DNA of 64,000 nt from Takakia lepidozioides (taxonomy: Eukaryota > Plantae > Bryophyta): assembly GCA_030704615.1 (NCBI GenBank), contig CM060732.1:35650001-35714000 (forward strand), given 5' to 3'. Under the pieces are notes generated by a model. It was not told the origin of the DNA and ran no database searches. It saw only the letters and a program-made list of their open reading frames with translations. This document shows, piece by piece, positions 21,534 to 35,900 of this stretch. A program made the translations under genes and the position numbers. Position 1 is the first letter of the stretch. Each line of letters opens with the position of its first letter.

Positions 21534-24500
21534 ATGGAGGCCATGATGGCTAAGCGTGAGCGTGTTCGAAAGCTTTTGGAGACAAAGCTACCACCGGAGG
21601 AGTTTGAGGAAATTAGCGACCAAGATTTGGATATACTTGTGAACAATGGGCTTACATCTTCAAGTGTACTTGCACTTGCAGCTGCTGACAGAGGTTCTTT
21701 GCCCGATGTTCTTCCTGGCCGACGTGGTGTGGCGCTATCGCTCATCAGAGCATTTAGTGAGCCCCAGCATTCGGTAGGTATGTAAACCCTAAACCCTGAA
21801 CTTCCTTGTGGTGGTCTGAGTTTCTCAGGGCTCTGCGGCCTGAGTTTGATGATAGTGAGGTTCAAGTACTTAGAGTTTGTCGTCACCATATCATTTGCTC
21901 CTTTTGAAGAGGAAATGATAATATTAGTTATGACTTCGGAATCCTTGGTTGATTATGATCTCAAATGCCAATGAGCAGCATATTATTTGTATGTGGAATT
22001 CTGGTTGCCGACACACTCGTTTTGGAGTAAGGGTTTTCGCAAGGATCATATGCATTGCACTGCTTCTTGGAAATGTCTGGCCGTGAACCTTTGTGGGCAC
22101 TTTTCGTGCGAGGCAAGCCCTTCTGAATCTCTTGAAGCGCAGTGGTCGGTCAGATTGCGGCAGATGATGGCAGGTTTAAAGTGTTGTGTGGCCTGAAACC
22201 CTAACTCTAAGCTGTCATTTTGGTAGTTGGTTTAGGGTGTCAGATAGTGCATCAAGGAGGGAGTCTGGTGAGTGTAAGTTTGTAGGGTTTGCTACCAATG
22301 TGTGAAGAATGAGTTTCTGTTCTCTCTTCAGTACTTTGATGCATGTGACCTGCGAATCAGTAGTGTTGTTCAAACCTTTACGATTTCTTGAGTACCATCT
22401 TCAGAGGATAGAAAGCTCTAGCTATATTGTGCGCATGTTTTGAGCTGTTAATTGGTCGATGACAGATTGTGGTTGTTGGTGACTTATGTGAGTTAACCAA
22501 AACCGCCTTGGCTGCAGAACCTTCTGTGACAGTGTTCACCCATTAGCTAGGGTGTCAGATAGTGCGTCATGGAGAGAGTCTGGTGAATGTCGGTGTATCA
22601 CGCAGTTTATTCATTCGATAGATCCATGTTAACAAGTAAAATGTGAGGAGGGTCCTTTGAAAGACACGGTTGTTTGTTATTTATCTGTGGAATTCTGGTT
22701 GTGCACTACATGATAGATGCAACTCAACAACATGGGTTGGCTGTTGTGGGGATACTTCTCAAAGCTTTTGTAGCACCTACAGCAGGCAGCAGGGTTTTTT
22801 CTTCCTGCTTTTGTTGCTTTTCTTTGTTTTTCTGTCTTAAGTTCGAGTAGTTTAAGCAGTCAATGAACACAAGGTCAGGTGCTTAAGGTTTGCAAATAAT
22901 TTATTTATTCCGTAGGATGGAATCTGCTCAGATTCAAGATTGGATTGGATTGTAAGGAATCTCTGCATTTCAGTATGGTCTGTGATTGACCCTCATGCTT
23001 TTCTATACCTTCTCTCTTGCTTTTGTTGCTTTTCTTTGTTTTTCTGTCTTGAGTTCGAGTAGTGCAAGCAGTCAATGAACAGAAGGTCAAGTGCTTAGGG
23101 TTTGCAAATAATTTATTTATTCCATAGGATGGAATCTGCTCAGATTCAAGATAGAACAACAATAGAACAATAGTGGAAAGAAAAGGGACAATTCTTCATG
23201 ATTAGTTTGTTTCTTAGCTATGGCTAGTGTTAGGGTAGTGACGTGCGGTTAACGATCTCCCTTTGAAGGTGGGGTTACTTTATTTTCATACTTGCCCTCT
23301 AGACACCCGATGACAATGCAAATCAATAATTCTATTGCTGTCGCAAGTGTGCACCGCAGCACTATAGTTCATTACTGCATGTTAGCCTCACCTTACCGTG
23401 GGCCCAGGTTATGTAGATTCTTGGCACCTTGACTTCAGAATCTTTGCTTGATTATGACCTGTTGTTCTACGAGCCCACATACTCATGCAGGTATGCTTTA
23501 GGACCGCGTAGGCGAGATTCTTCCGGAGCTGTTAGGGTTTCGTGCTAAAATGTGTTTTGCTAGCTCTTTGAATGTCCAAGTTTTCCAGACTTAAAAGGAC
23601 TATTATTTTCTTAAGGTCGGTCAGATTGCGGCAGATGAGGGCAGGTTTAAAGTGTTCTGCGTTCTTGTCTTCTTTTCTCTTCGGTGTGTTACGTTTTCCC
23701 AGTCTATATACATTGTCTATCACTGTTGTGGTTCTTGCCAAGATCCAGGTAGGGTACATGTATTGGTTGTGCAATTGTTGGTGTTATGATGATTGGCTGT
23801 AAGGCCAACCAGAATCTTTTGTCATTACGGCCATGGTGGGTTAAGTTTATGTCACTGTACAACTTCTCCCAGTAAAGCCTCTTCTGATCCCTTACAAGCT
23901 GATTGACCTCTTTACGCAGTTGGTAGTATCTAGACCAGAGCATTTTTTCATCTTTGATATTACAGCAGTCCTTATAGAGGGCCTGCCTCTCAGCAATCTT
24001 GAGCTTGATCTCATGGGTCCACCAATTTACTGCTCTACCACAGATAATTAGTTTCCTTCCATGACTCGGGTTAGGGTTTCAAATCTTCATCAGATTTTTG
24101 TTACGTCTCTTGCTTCTTGGTGAACGGTGTTGTGTCTGTCTTCGCAGCCTACTTTCTGTGTGGGATTGTTGGTTATGGAAACCAGGTGTTAGATAGTGCG
24201 TCATGGAGAGAGTCTGGTGAATGTCTATGGGTTGCCTAGGGCAGTCTGAGCCCGTTTGTTTTTATGTCTGCAATTCTGATGATGGGCAGGCACATTTGAA
24301 TTCTTGCAAGACAATTGGGCAGTTGATTGTTGAAACCGCTGCAGTTGCTGATTTGTTCAATGCATAGCTTGGAGTCAAGTGTTTGCAATTTTTTTGGTTT
24401 CTTGGCTGCGTTGTGCACTCAGGGTTTCAACAGCTTCTCCCAATCCCGTGTGTGATCCTGTGTACGGTTGATACACGCAGTTTATTCATTCGATAGATCC

Positions 24501-27500
24501 ATGTTAACAAGTAATATATGAGGAGGGTCCTTTGAAAGACACGGTTGTTTGTTATTTATATGTGGAATTCTGGTTGTGCACTACATGATAGATGCAACGC
24601 AACAACATGGGTTGGCTGTTGTGGGGATACTTCTCAAGCTTTTGTAGCACCTACAGCAGGTAGCAGGGTTTTGCTTTTCTTCCTGCTTTTGTTGTTTTTC
24701 TTTGTTTTTCTGTCTTAAGTTCGAGTAGTTTAAGCAGTCAATGAAAGGTGCTTAAGGTTTGCAAATAATTTATTTATTCCGTAGGATGGAATCTTCTCAG
24801 ATTCAAGATTGGATTGGATTGTAAGGAATCTCTGCATTTCAGTATGGTCTGTGATTGATCATGCTTTTCTATACCTTCTCTCTTGCTTTTGTTGCTTTTC
24901 TTTGTTTTTCTGTCTTGAGTTCGAGTAGTGTAAGCAGTGGAAGGACAGAAGGTCAAGTGCTTAGGGTTTGCAAATAATTTATTTATTCCATAGGATGGAA
25001 TCTGCTCAGATTCAAGATAGAACAACAATAGAACAATAGTGGAAAGAAAAGGGACGATTCTTCATGATTAGTTTGTTTCTTAGCTTTGGCTAGTGTTAGG
25101 GAAGTGACGTGCGGTTAACGCCTTTGAAGGTGGGGTAACTTTATTTTCATACTTGCCCTGATCTAGACACCCAATGACAATGCAAATCAATAATTCTATT
25201 GCCGTCGCAAGTGTGCACCGCAGCACTATAGTTCATTACTGCATGTTAGCCACACCTTACCGTGGGCCCAGGTTATGTAGATTCTTGGCACCTTGACTTC
25301 AGAATCTTTGCTTGACTATGACCTGTTGTTCTACGAGCCCACATACTCATGCAGGTATGCTTTAGGACCGTGTAGGCGAGATTCTTCCGGAGCTGTTAGG
25401 GTTTCGTGCTAAAATGTGTTTTGCTAGCTCTTTGAATGTCCAAGTTTTCCAGACTTAGAGGACTATTATTTTCTTAAGGTCGGTCAGATTGCGGCAGATG
25501 AGGGCAGGTTTAAAGTGTTCTGCGTTCTTGTCTTCTTTTCTCTTCGGTGTGTTACGTTTTCCCAGTCTATATACATTGGCTGTCACTGTTGTGGTTCTTG
25601 CCAAGATCCAGGTAGGGTACATGTATTGGTTGTGCAATTGTTGGTGTTATGATGATTGGCTGTAAGGCCAACCAGAATCTTTTGTCAATATGACCATGGT
25701 GGGTTAAGTTTATGTCACCGTACAACTTCTCCCAGTAAAGCCTCTTCTGATCCCTTACAAGCTGATTGACCTCTTTACGCAGTTGGTAGTATCTAGACCA
25801 GAGCATTTTTTCATCTTTGATATTACAGCAGTCCTTATAGAGCGCCTGCCTCTCAGCAATCTTGAGCTTGATCTCATGGGTCCACCAATTTACTGCTCTA
25901 CCACAGATAATTAGTTTCCTTCCATGACTCTATCAGCAGCAGAAGTGGCAACGCTCTCCCAAGAATCTACAGCACCTTCTACCTCCCTCCTTGTATCACC
26001 ATGGGCAAGAGGAGAGATCTTGAAGTGACTGTGTAAAGTGTGGGAGGGTAAAAAGTGGACTAGAAAGTGTTAGCAATTCTTGTTCCTGGGTGAGTCCTTG
26101 GCAGACACGGTTGCTTGTTATTTAGATGTGGAATTCTGGATGTGCACTCAGGGTTGCGCTCTCTTGGCAACTAGGTGTGGTGTAAGTTTCTTCGCTGTGT
26201 TCACCCATCAAGGTGTCAAGCTAGTGCATCACGTGATGCAACTGTCGCATGTTGATGTCCAATCCAGCACCTTGGACATTTTATTTTGTCATTTCAGTGC
26301 ATGTTCCACTATGTTGAAATCTTGTTTTGTTTTTACAAGCACCTGATCCTTGTGGTGGTCTGAGTTTCTCAGGGCTCTGCGGCCTGAGTTTGCTGATAGT
26401 GAGGTTCACGTACTTCGAGTATGTCATCACCAGATCATTTGCTCCTTTTGAAGAGGAAATGATAATATTAGTTCTCAAATGCCAATGAGCAGCTTGTCTT
26501 CTAACCCATTCCTTCGTCAGGTACCCCCAGAGTTGACAATACTTTATCCATTCGGAAGGACATAGTTGAGCAGCGTGTGCAACTTTGTGAAGTGGATGAG
26601 CTGCGGGGATTGTTGGAAATGGAATTGAAGGATGGCTTACGATTTCCCGTTTCTTTGAATATGTGGAACTCTTTGCCGACGAACAGGGACAAGTTGTTCA
26701 AACTAGCTGGACCTGATGAAGAGTGTTATAAGATTGTTCCACTTGTGAATGCTATTGTGGACCCTCCAATGCCTGCACCCACTGCTGATACAGAAGATTC
26801 TTTTCACTACCTTTGGGACACTGTTATTGATGAATCACTTAAGTTTTTCTTTGATGGCCCTTGGCTGGCAGAGCGAAACAAGTCTGGTGAAGGGAGTAAT
26901 AGTGGAACAAGGCCCCACAAGGTCGTTAGGTTTGGTTTCCGGTTCTATGCTTTGTGGAGAGGGGAAGAGAAAGGCCCTACAACTGCTGGTGATCCAAGAA
27001 AGGAATTGATTTCGAAATTGGACTGGACGTATAAATATCTCCCCTTTCTCATGGCGTACTATGCGAGGGCAGCCCTAGTGACATTCTGTGTGCTATATGT
27101 GGTTGTGGATCCACATGGAGGATCCATGAACATGTGCCGTGATCTCATTCAATTCAATATATCAAATGCAAAGGAACGACTTAAGCTTGTACTGGCCTGC
27201 ATAACTATGGCGAAGTTGCTGAAAACAATGGAAGAGGTTTGCGAAGGAAAGGATGAAGTGTCGGATATGCCTCTCATACGGAGGAACAGTGGAAAAGTTA
27301 TTCGTCCATGTGGGAGGAAGGTAGAGAAGTCCTATCCAAATGAGGCTTTCTACAGGGAAGTTGTAGCCATCTATGAGGCGACGACATCTTGTCCAAATGT
27401 GGAACTTTTTTTGCATAGAAGGGATTCAGACCGAACTATTGTGGTGCAGAGGGCTGTGGTTACAAAACCAAAGAACCATGACGAACTGATGACCTGTCTC

Positions 27501-27863
27501 CGATGTTTGTGTGAAGCACTGCAGTGGTTGCACAGAAAAGGACTCGCGCACAGAGACATCAGGTGGGAAAATGTTCTTCGCGACAGGAATAATGCTGAGA
27601 AATGGGTACTAGTGGATCTTGATGAGGCAATAAAGACCGATCAGTGCTTCAAGCTCCACCGTCTAGATTCCAATTCACATGCTCCAGAGATGACAGTTGG
27701 GCCTCATGATACCATGGTTGACATCTGGGGCATTGGGTACCTTTTGTCTACTTCAAATATTATTCTGGATGCGAAGCTTCTGGGTTTGATGGAGAAATGC
27801 AAGCATCAGGTGCCAGACCAAAGGCCAACTGCAGCAGAGTGTCTGGAGTTGCTTGATGCATGA
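21534..27863 (+). CDS. Crinkler-like protein: helical/SAM-like header, REase-fold domain, protein kinase (exons 21534-21777 and 26521-27863, about 528 aa)
   Basis: In-phase GT-AG intron; TEDSFHYLWD..RPH..WRGEEK..LPFLMAY; HRDIRWENV, LVDLD, HAPE, DIWGIG. Confidence 0.8.
22599..25930 (+). repeat. Near-tandem duplication of about 1.47 kb (22599-24067 and 24474-25930) in the intron, including LINE linker fragments on the minus strand
   Basis: High nucleotide identity; duplicated ORFs 22905/24774 and 23704/25567. Confidence 0.9.
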
Positions 27864-28291
27864 TATGTAGTCTAGTAAAAGATGCAGAACTTCGGGAAGC
27901 TTGGCGGTTTATTAGGGAGCTGAAGTCTTGTTTAGACTCAAACCTTCTGGGTGGTCTTTTTGGTTCTTTGTTGTGTCCTCTGTGGCTACATTCACAGCAA
28001 ACAGCAGACTGATATAGAGACATTCTCAAAATCCTCCTCGGAGCTCCAGTGTAACACGCAATGGACCCTTTCTCACAAGCGGACTAGGAAGAAATGAAGA
28101 GCGCAAAGAGAGGATGAAAAAAGTGGGAAAGGATTATACTGGCTGCACAGGCTTCGTTAGGAACGAACTCACTTTATCATCCGTAGGGACACATCCATTC
28201 AATTTTCATCCCTGTGATTCGGTGGACGTCATCTATCTCCTCGTAGTCTCAATGGATGTATGAACCCCAAGTACTTGGATGTATAATAAAG

Positions 28292-28312
28292 TTTAGGGTT
28301 TAGGGTTTAGGG
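28292..28312 (+). repeat. (TTTAGGG)3 interstitial telomeric repeat
   Basis: Read directly from the sequence. Confidence 0.9.
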
Positions 28313-29499
28313 GTCCATGTCGGGTTTCAAATCTTCATCTGATTTTTGTTACGTCTCTTGCTTCTTGGTTGAACAGTGTTGTGTTTGTCTTCGCATCCTA
28401 CTTTCTTTGTGGGATTGTTGGTTATGGAAACCATGGTTGATGGTTTAGGGTGTCAGATAGTGCGTCAAGGAGGGAGTCTGGTGAGTGTAAGTTTGTAGGG
28501 TTTGCTACCAATGTGAAGAATGAGTTTTTGTTCTCTCTTCAGTACTTTGATGCATGTGACCTGCGAATCAGTAGTGTTGTTCAAACCTTTACGATTTCTT
28601 GAGTACCATCTTTAGAGGATATAAAGCTCTCGCCGAAATTGTGCGCATGTTTTGAGCTGTTAACAGTTTTATGTAGAATCTCAGGGGATTGCAGCCCAGC
28701 TCCCCCGATCAACATAGCGCATTATAAGGCCTCCTTCTGTTAAATGTTATGGTTTTGATACTCTATAAAAAAATACACTACCATGTCAAGAGTGTTAAAT
28801 GGTTATTTGTTATGACATCCTACTCTTCATAGTGTTAATGCACCTCCATAGTAGTTAGATTCCATAAAGACATACCCTCAAAATAGAGCATCCATTATGC
28901 CTTTCCTTGTTCCCCTGAAGTTACGAATTGGAAAGCGACGGCTCTCGTTAAGGGGCCGCAACGCCGCAATGGTGAGTTATGAGATATAACATAGAAGAAC
29001 ACTGATTGGTTATTCTATAGGTAAAGAGCACCATCATCGGCTTTTGAGCATGTAGATGGTAATCAGCATGTCAGCCACCATGTGCAGCCATTTTCAGTTG
29101 CAGAAAATTAGCTGCGATTACAACAGCCCATCAATAACGTGCCTTCAAGTTGTTATTTTAAATTGAGGTGCAAGCACCGAAGCCACTCATTCATAGCACA
29201 CTGATCTGTTTGTGATGACTTCTTCTATGATATGCAAATACTACGAGCTTATGTCTCTTGAGGAGAGGGCACACTCATGCTTTCATTGTTATTGCAGGGA
29301 CTGTTTTGTGTTGAGATGGATTGATAATCCGCATAAGTGTAAATTACAGTTGAGATCTAGCATAGGCTTAGATTTTGCAGTAAGGACCAGAAGATTGAGG
29401 TGCATGTGCTACAAGAAGTACATAATTTTTCCTGTCTGGTCATGCAGCTGCAAATTTAAGCTCGAGATTATCGAGGTGGAGTCAAGTTCTCGATTGCTG

Positions 29500-31018
29500 G
29501 TGAGTGTGTGGGCTTCCCAGAGGTTTAACTGTGTAGTTTCTGAGATGACCATCAGTAGAATCTTGAAAAGAAAATACGAGTACCTTGGTCCAGTTAAGTC
29601 CCAGTCCAAGAGAGCAAGAAAGGCTCTGTGTCCACGTGTAGAAGAAGCCACGTTCGCCTGGTTCTGTCTCATGCAAGACCGTAGTGCCACAATTACAGAT
29701 GATCTCATATGTATAGCTGCAAAGCGATTTTATGAGAGAGAACCTAGAATAGACGGCGAGAGAACTCTCAATTTGTCTCATGGATGGGTACATGGATTCA
29801 AAAAGAGATTTGACATTAGAGGCTACACACGACATGGTGAGGAAGCTTCTGCAAGTGATTCCCCGGAGGCTGAATCTCAAAATGGCAGCAATACGTCAAC
29901 AAGTCTCCACGTACGCCCTGGCTGATGTGTTCAACATGGATGAGACAGAGCTCTTTTACAGGCTCGAGCCCAACAAGACTTTGGCAACTATGAGGCTAAG
30001 TGGGAAGAAACAACATAACGAATAAGTGTGGCCTTGACTGCAAATGCCGATGGTAGTATGAAGTTGCCACCTGTGACTATCAACAAATCATTACGGCCCC
30101 ACACACGCAGGAATATCACACGTCCATTCAACTTGGGGATTCAGTGGTTTGCTAACAATAAGGCTTGGATGACGATATTGCTATTTGAGAAGTTCCTGTT
30201 GGATTTTGAAAGACGGATGCGCATTGCAGGGAAGGAAAATGTACTTCTACTCTTAGACAATTTCTCTGGTCATAAGGTGGTTAATCTTGCCGCAGACCAA
30301 TTACGTATCACCACCATTGTCATGCTTCTTCCCAATACAACAAGCAAATGGCAACCTATGGACGCTGGGATCATCAAGGCTTTTAAGGCGCATTACAAAA
30401 AATTATTTATCAGTCATCAGATTGATTGTTTGATGAAAAACAAGAACCCTGAGATTGATGTATATCAAGCTGTACTTATGGTTGAAAAAGTATGGCGTGC
30501 TCACATCAGTTCTGATGTCATTAGACATTGCTATCGATACTGTGGTCTTTACAGCTTGCCAAATCTAGATGGTAGCAACGTCTCGTAGGGGCTGGACGCT
30601 CACGACGAACTTTCAGGAAATGGATATACTGCTACAGCAATTTGCAGAGCTCTCCATCATTCATAATAGTGAGGTTCCAACCATGGATGCATTGGAGTTT
30701 GTTGAATTCGAAACACAATTCGATCTTAACACGCTTTTTGAGCATACTAATGACGAGATTTGGGACATAGTGACCCCTGCAGAGGAGATCGTTGAAGAAC
30801 AAGACGACGAAGAAACAATTTTGCCACAACAACCCGTAGTATCTTTTTGTGAGGTTCAAGCTGCCATTGACACTTTGCATTTATATCTTGCGCATCAAAA
30901 CTCCGATATTAGTGCTTGTCTCGTGAAGTATTTATCAATCCAGAAGGAAGTGATTTTAGCTAGGTATTCTACTTCTCGACAAACCGACATTCTTTCATAT
31001 TTTCAACCTACTCAATGA
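29500..31018 (+). pseudogene. pogo/Tigger-like transposase (CENP-B HTH and DDE_1), frameshifted
   Basis: TISRILK, SHGWVHGFKKRF, VFNMDET, NADGS, LLLDNFSGH, PNTTSKWQPMDAGII. Confidence 0.9.
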
Positions 31019-31579
31019 TTAAATGTTATATTTCATGGTTTACTGTGCCTTTTGTGACTGTTAATTTATGAAAAATCTCCCTGCTTTCCGGTTATATGTG
31101 ATACCTGGCTATCTGTTAGAAATTTCATACTCTAGAGGCCTAACATTAAAGCAGGGCCGACCAACGCTTTTTTTTTAGGCGAAATGGAGCCTAAAAGCGA
31201 TAAAAAACAAAGGGCTGCGACAGCCCTATGTAAAATCTTGGGAAAAAAAACAAAAAATGGGCCAGAAAATAGGTGCGCACACACGGGCTGGTACCACAAA
31301 GCTCCAAGGGAACATGCGAGTTGCGCCAGAAATACACGTTCCCCACAGCCCTACATCTAGCTGCTGTCACCCCCATCGCGCGATCAACGGTAGAGATCTC
31401 GCCATGCAGCACGACCTGGATCGTTGGATCGCCAAGGTTTTGGCCACCGCAAGGGCAGGCCGTCGCCACTGCGCGCAGCCCTACGGAGCTTCACCATCGC
31501 CATCTCTCCTCGCAGCTTGCTTTCAAAATTTCGCCTAAGATCTTTATACTGTAGTTTTTTTTAGTACCATATTGCTCTT

Positions 31580-32200
31580 TCACATTGGGCTATGGTGTTA
31601 CCTTGCTATTTGAAATTGAGGTCGTGATGTTTGCTGGCCCATTGTAGGACTTCTTTGATTAATTAGTTTCAGATTTCAGATTGTGAATGGGCTGTCCTGC
31701 CTCACTTGATATCAATTTGTTCCTTCACCATCCTCAATGGTGCCACCTTGCTACTTGAAATTGAGGCTATGGTTTTTGCTGGCCATCTTTGGACTTCTTT
31801 GATTAATTATTTTAGATTTCAGATTGTGAGTGGGCTATCATGCCTACATTGGTACGAGTTTGCTCCTTCAAATTGGACTATGGTGTCACTTTGTTATTTG
31901 ATATTGAGGCGATGCTTACTGCCCCGGATTAAGACTTGACCAATTAATTTAAGATTTCAGATTTTAAATAGAGTTGATTAATTATTTTAGATTTCATATT
32001 GTGAGTGGGCTGCCATGGTACGAGTTTGCTCCTTCAAATTGGACTATGGTGTCACTTTGTTATTTGATATTGAGGCCATGATGCTTGCTGGCCCAGTTTA
32101 AGACTTTGATCAACAAATTTCAGATTTCAGATTTTAAATAGACTGTTATGCCTACATTGCTTCTTGACATTAGGCAATGGTGCCACTTTGCTATTTGAGA
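31580..32200. repeat. Degenerate tandem repeats of roughly 100-140 bp, probably within a non-autonomous DNA transposon
   Basis: Recurring ATTGAGG..GCTGGCCC..AGATTTCAGATT units. Confidence 0.6.
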
Positions 32201-32944
32201 TTAGGCTGTAGTGCCAACAAATGCACTTCGACTATGGCATTGTAGCCACAATGTAACAATATGTGGCCTCTTGTAGCCACTACTTTATGCCTCAATTTTT
32301 ATTTGTATCGCCTATCCAATGCATACACAAAATACTCAAATCGCCATATTGCATGCAAATGAAATAGCCTGTAGCCAGTTGATTTTTAGCTAAGCATCTA
32401 TGTCATCGCCACCTTTGCACTTGTAGCCATCTAGGCTTCTAAGCCCAAATGAAAAAAAAAAGCCCTGGGGCGACTGTAGTAGCACAAAAATGATTGAAGC
32501 AAATATTTACGAGAAAAGCTTAAAATAGAGAAAACACGGCGCATTTCTACAGGCCGAGAAGATGTGAAAGAGGATTTAGGATGAATGTGGTTTAGGAATA
32601 TCATTCATCTACCAAGCACGTCCATCCCTATTTCCTTTGGGGCTCATCCCGCTCTTTTGCTGCGAGGACGAGGCCGAGGGGCAGAGCGATGGTGGCAAGC
32701 ACACTAAGTTAGTGGGTACCTCAGCACCTGTCCTGCACAACTAGGGCCTCCATTGCTTTTCACTGCTCTTGTGAGGAGCTGTGCCGTCCGATAGCTAACG
32801 AGGGCACAAGCCAGCTATGGCACTGAGCATCAAAGCGAATGCACATGATAAAGGTGAGAGGCAGCGAGTTTAGTTGCACGAGCCATGTAATGGGCTTGGG
32901 CAAGGGGGTGTGAGTGAGGAGAGGAGGACTTGAGGGAGAGAGGG

Positions 32945-35900
32945 ATGCTAGGGGACAGTGGTGAGAGCTATGATGATATTTATGCGGAGGTTTCTGAGAG
33001 CGAGGTCGTCGAAGAGGCAGAGAAAGTTGAACAGGAGCATGCCATGCGGAAGAGCCAGAGGATTCCCCCATACTTCGCTTCTTCTTATGCGATTATGCCG
33101 AATCCCACATGCGTCCCGACAATCGACACACAAGCCTCAACATTGCAGCCTTCCTGTGTCTCAAATAGCTACCTTCCTGCAGTTTCGAGTTTTAGAAATT
33201 CACCAGGCAATTCCTTCTACTCACAGTCCAATCAGATATCAATCGGCACAAATGTTCCAATTACTGGTGAGAACGCGATGTCTCTTTCACTTGGCAATGG
33301 TTTGCGGCCTCCTGCTGTCCCGGTGGGCCACCTTCCCCTTCAACCCATGAACCATCAGAAACCTCCACCGCCATTAGAGGTGAAGGAGTGTCAGAGTCGT
33401 CAGCAAAGGAAGGGTGATGTGCACAGCTCACTTGGCGCCACCCAGAGTGTGGGGGTGCAGGGTCCTGGACCTCTGTGCTGGCCGAGTAACGGTACAGGGG
33501 CTTCGAGTAACGGGGTATCGAATACTGGAGCAGTCTCCCCAAGAGGAAGGGGAGCTGATGTCACCCTTCCAGCGATGCCCGGTGAAGATATCTCAAATTT
33601 AAAGGGGTTGCTGGCGGAGAAGGATGGGGCAATCTCAATTCTCCGCTCTCGACTTTTGCAAGTAAAGCATATTCTTTGTTTTGGACTTGAGTGGTTGTCG
33701 CATCTCTGCTATAAAACCCACTCGCTTCTTTCTTATTGACGATTGTGTGTGACCTTTGTCCATATTGACCTGCTTGGTATACTTGCGAACACACCACATC
33801 CACAATATGCTGTTCAAGAAAGAGAATTGGATCGGAGATGCGTTACAGTCCTTAAGAAAAGGGCAGGGGGAAATTCTTCAGAAATTTGGAGAGAGGATTC
33901 AATGACTAGGATTCACTGATTGGCATTGAAGACAGAATGGTCTCAGAGCTCGTTTTTGAATACTCTCAACATAGTAGTAACAAGGTCAGTTTTATGGGCG
34001 GACATAAATCAGGCAAACATTATTTTAAGTAGTTTTGTTCAGGCCAAGAAGGAACCTTTGTATCGGGAGGATAATTGTTCTAATCGTGTTGTCTCTAATA
34101 TATGATTCAGAATGACTCGGATCTGCATGAACTTAGGAAAGTGGTGGGAACCCACAGTACTTCTCTGAAAGTGCCACAGCCGCAGGTGTGTCCCTCAATG
34201 TCTTTTGAAATCGAGAACAGCCACAGGGTTGTAATAGTAGAACAGCTGTACTATCACAAGTTGAGTCACGAGTTATTGAAGGCTTTAGGAAGGGACCAAC
34301 GTCAGGCAGATAACCAATTGAGTACTTTCTGTGGGGCTCTAACTTCTTTGCTCACTGATTCTCATCACTTCTGTCTTGTGTAAACATGTAGCAAAGAGAG
34401 CTGGAGCGCCTCGCCTCAGAGCTATCTTTCAAGGTGTGCACCCTTCCTGCCACCCCACCCGTGTAAGGAGTGTATTATTGACTACACTACAAAGATGTTT
34501 GCTAGCATAAACCTTTTGTGCCAGAGATATTTACTCAGGGCAGGGGACAGGGGACAGGAGGAGAGCAGAATGGGGGCTTATAGTGTGCCAGAAGGATTTG
34601 GGAATATATCAGTATGTCAAGTAGGTGCTTGATTTGTTAGAAGCTCTCATGTCTAGGATCAGAGTGATGTGACTACTGATGCACAATTTGCTTTGGCCCA
34701 AAGCACGTTGAAAAGTTTGGGGGAGGCAGAGAGCAAGCGAATGTACTCATGCCATTCCCTGCGAACATCGTCTTGCCATAGCCTTACAGCCATTTGATCC
34801 CACAGGAAACCAAGCCTGGGGAGCCTTTATGGGGTTTGTGCCCATGAGGGTTTAGCTTATCCCCGCAGCACTTATTTTCTGACAACTGCCATTAAGGCGC
34901 TCATAGAGGCACTTGACCGCATGCAAACTCAACAACCTGGTTGCAGGGTTACTGATTTTGATTCTATAGCCCTGCATTTACCACAGAAATGACATGCCTG
35001 GGGAAGGCAAGTAAGGATCTGTCTGTACATGGTTAGCCCAGATTTTCTTAGACAATAGAGCCTTCAAAGAATGCACCATCACTGACCCTCTAGTTTCACG
35101 CGCAGGACAGAGGTGGTTGGGGTACGAAAATTCAGGTTTTTCTCTATTTCCTCTAACAAAGGAAATGAACAGATTCTGAACAACCAAGGGGGGGGAGAGA
35201 ATGTACTCATAAGATGTTGTTTGCCGTAGCCAAAAGGGCCTGGGCTTTTTGCTCAGCCTCGAGACTTTCAAAGTTGGTAAACAGAGGTACAGGCACAATT
35301 CCCTTGATAGATTTGAGGAGAGCATCTCTCCGGTGAGGAGAGTGTCTCTCTGGGGGGGGGGAAGAGAGAGAGATTGTACTCATAAGACGTTGTTTGCCGT
35401 AGCCTTGTGGCCATTGACCCCGCGCCCAGTTTGAGCGGGAACAAAAGGGACAGAACCTACCTCTGTCAGGGGCTGACGTTGGTAGTAAGACTTACCTTGA
35501 CATATAGAATTAATCCGGGTTTTCCAGATATCCTCTAGAAATCCCTTCACACAAGCATCAATCTGCTGTGTCCAGAAGAGAGAAAGAGATTGTACTCATA
35601 AGACGTTGTTTGCCGTAGCCTTGTGGCCATTGACCCCGCGCCCAGTTTGAGCGGGAACAAAAGGGACAGAACCTACCTATGTCAGGGGCTGACGTTGGTA
35701 GTAAGACTTACCTCCATATAAAGAATTAATCCGGGTTTTCCAGATATCCTCTAGAAATCCCTTCACACAAGCATCAATCTGCTGTGTGTGATTTGCCCAA
35801 AAACTAGGCCTCAGGAGGGCCTGGGCTTTTGGCTCAGCCTCGAGACTTTCAAAGTTGGTAAACAGGGGTACAGGCACAATTCCCTTAATAGATTTGAAGA

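Noticed and set aside
28292-28312. True chromosome end
   Set aside because: Only three units, with ordinary sequence on both sides.
28660-32480. TIR/TSD boundaries for the pogo-like element
   Set aside because: A candidate right end (..GCGACTG-TA, 32476) has no matching left end that I could find.
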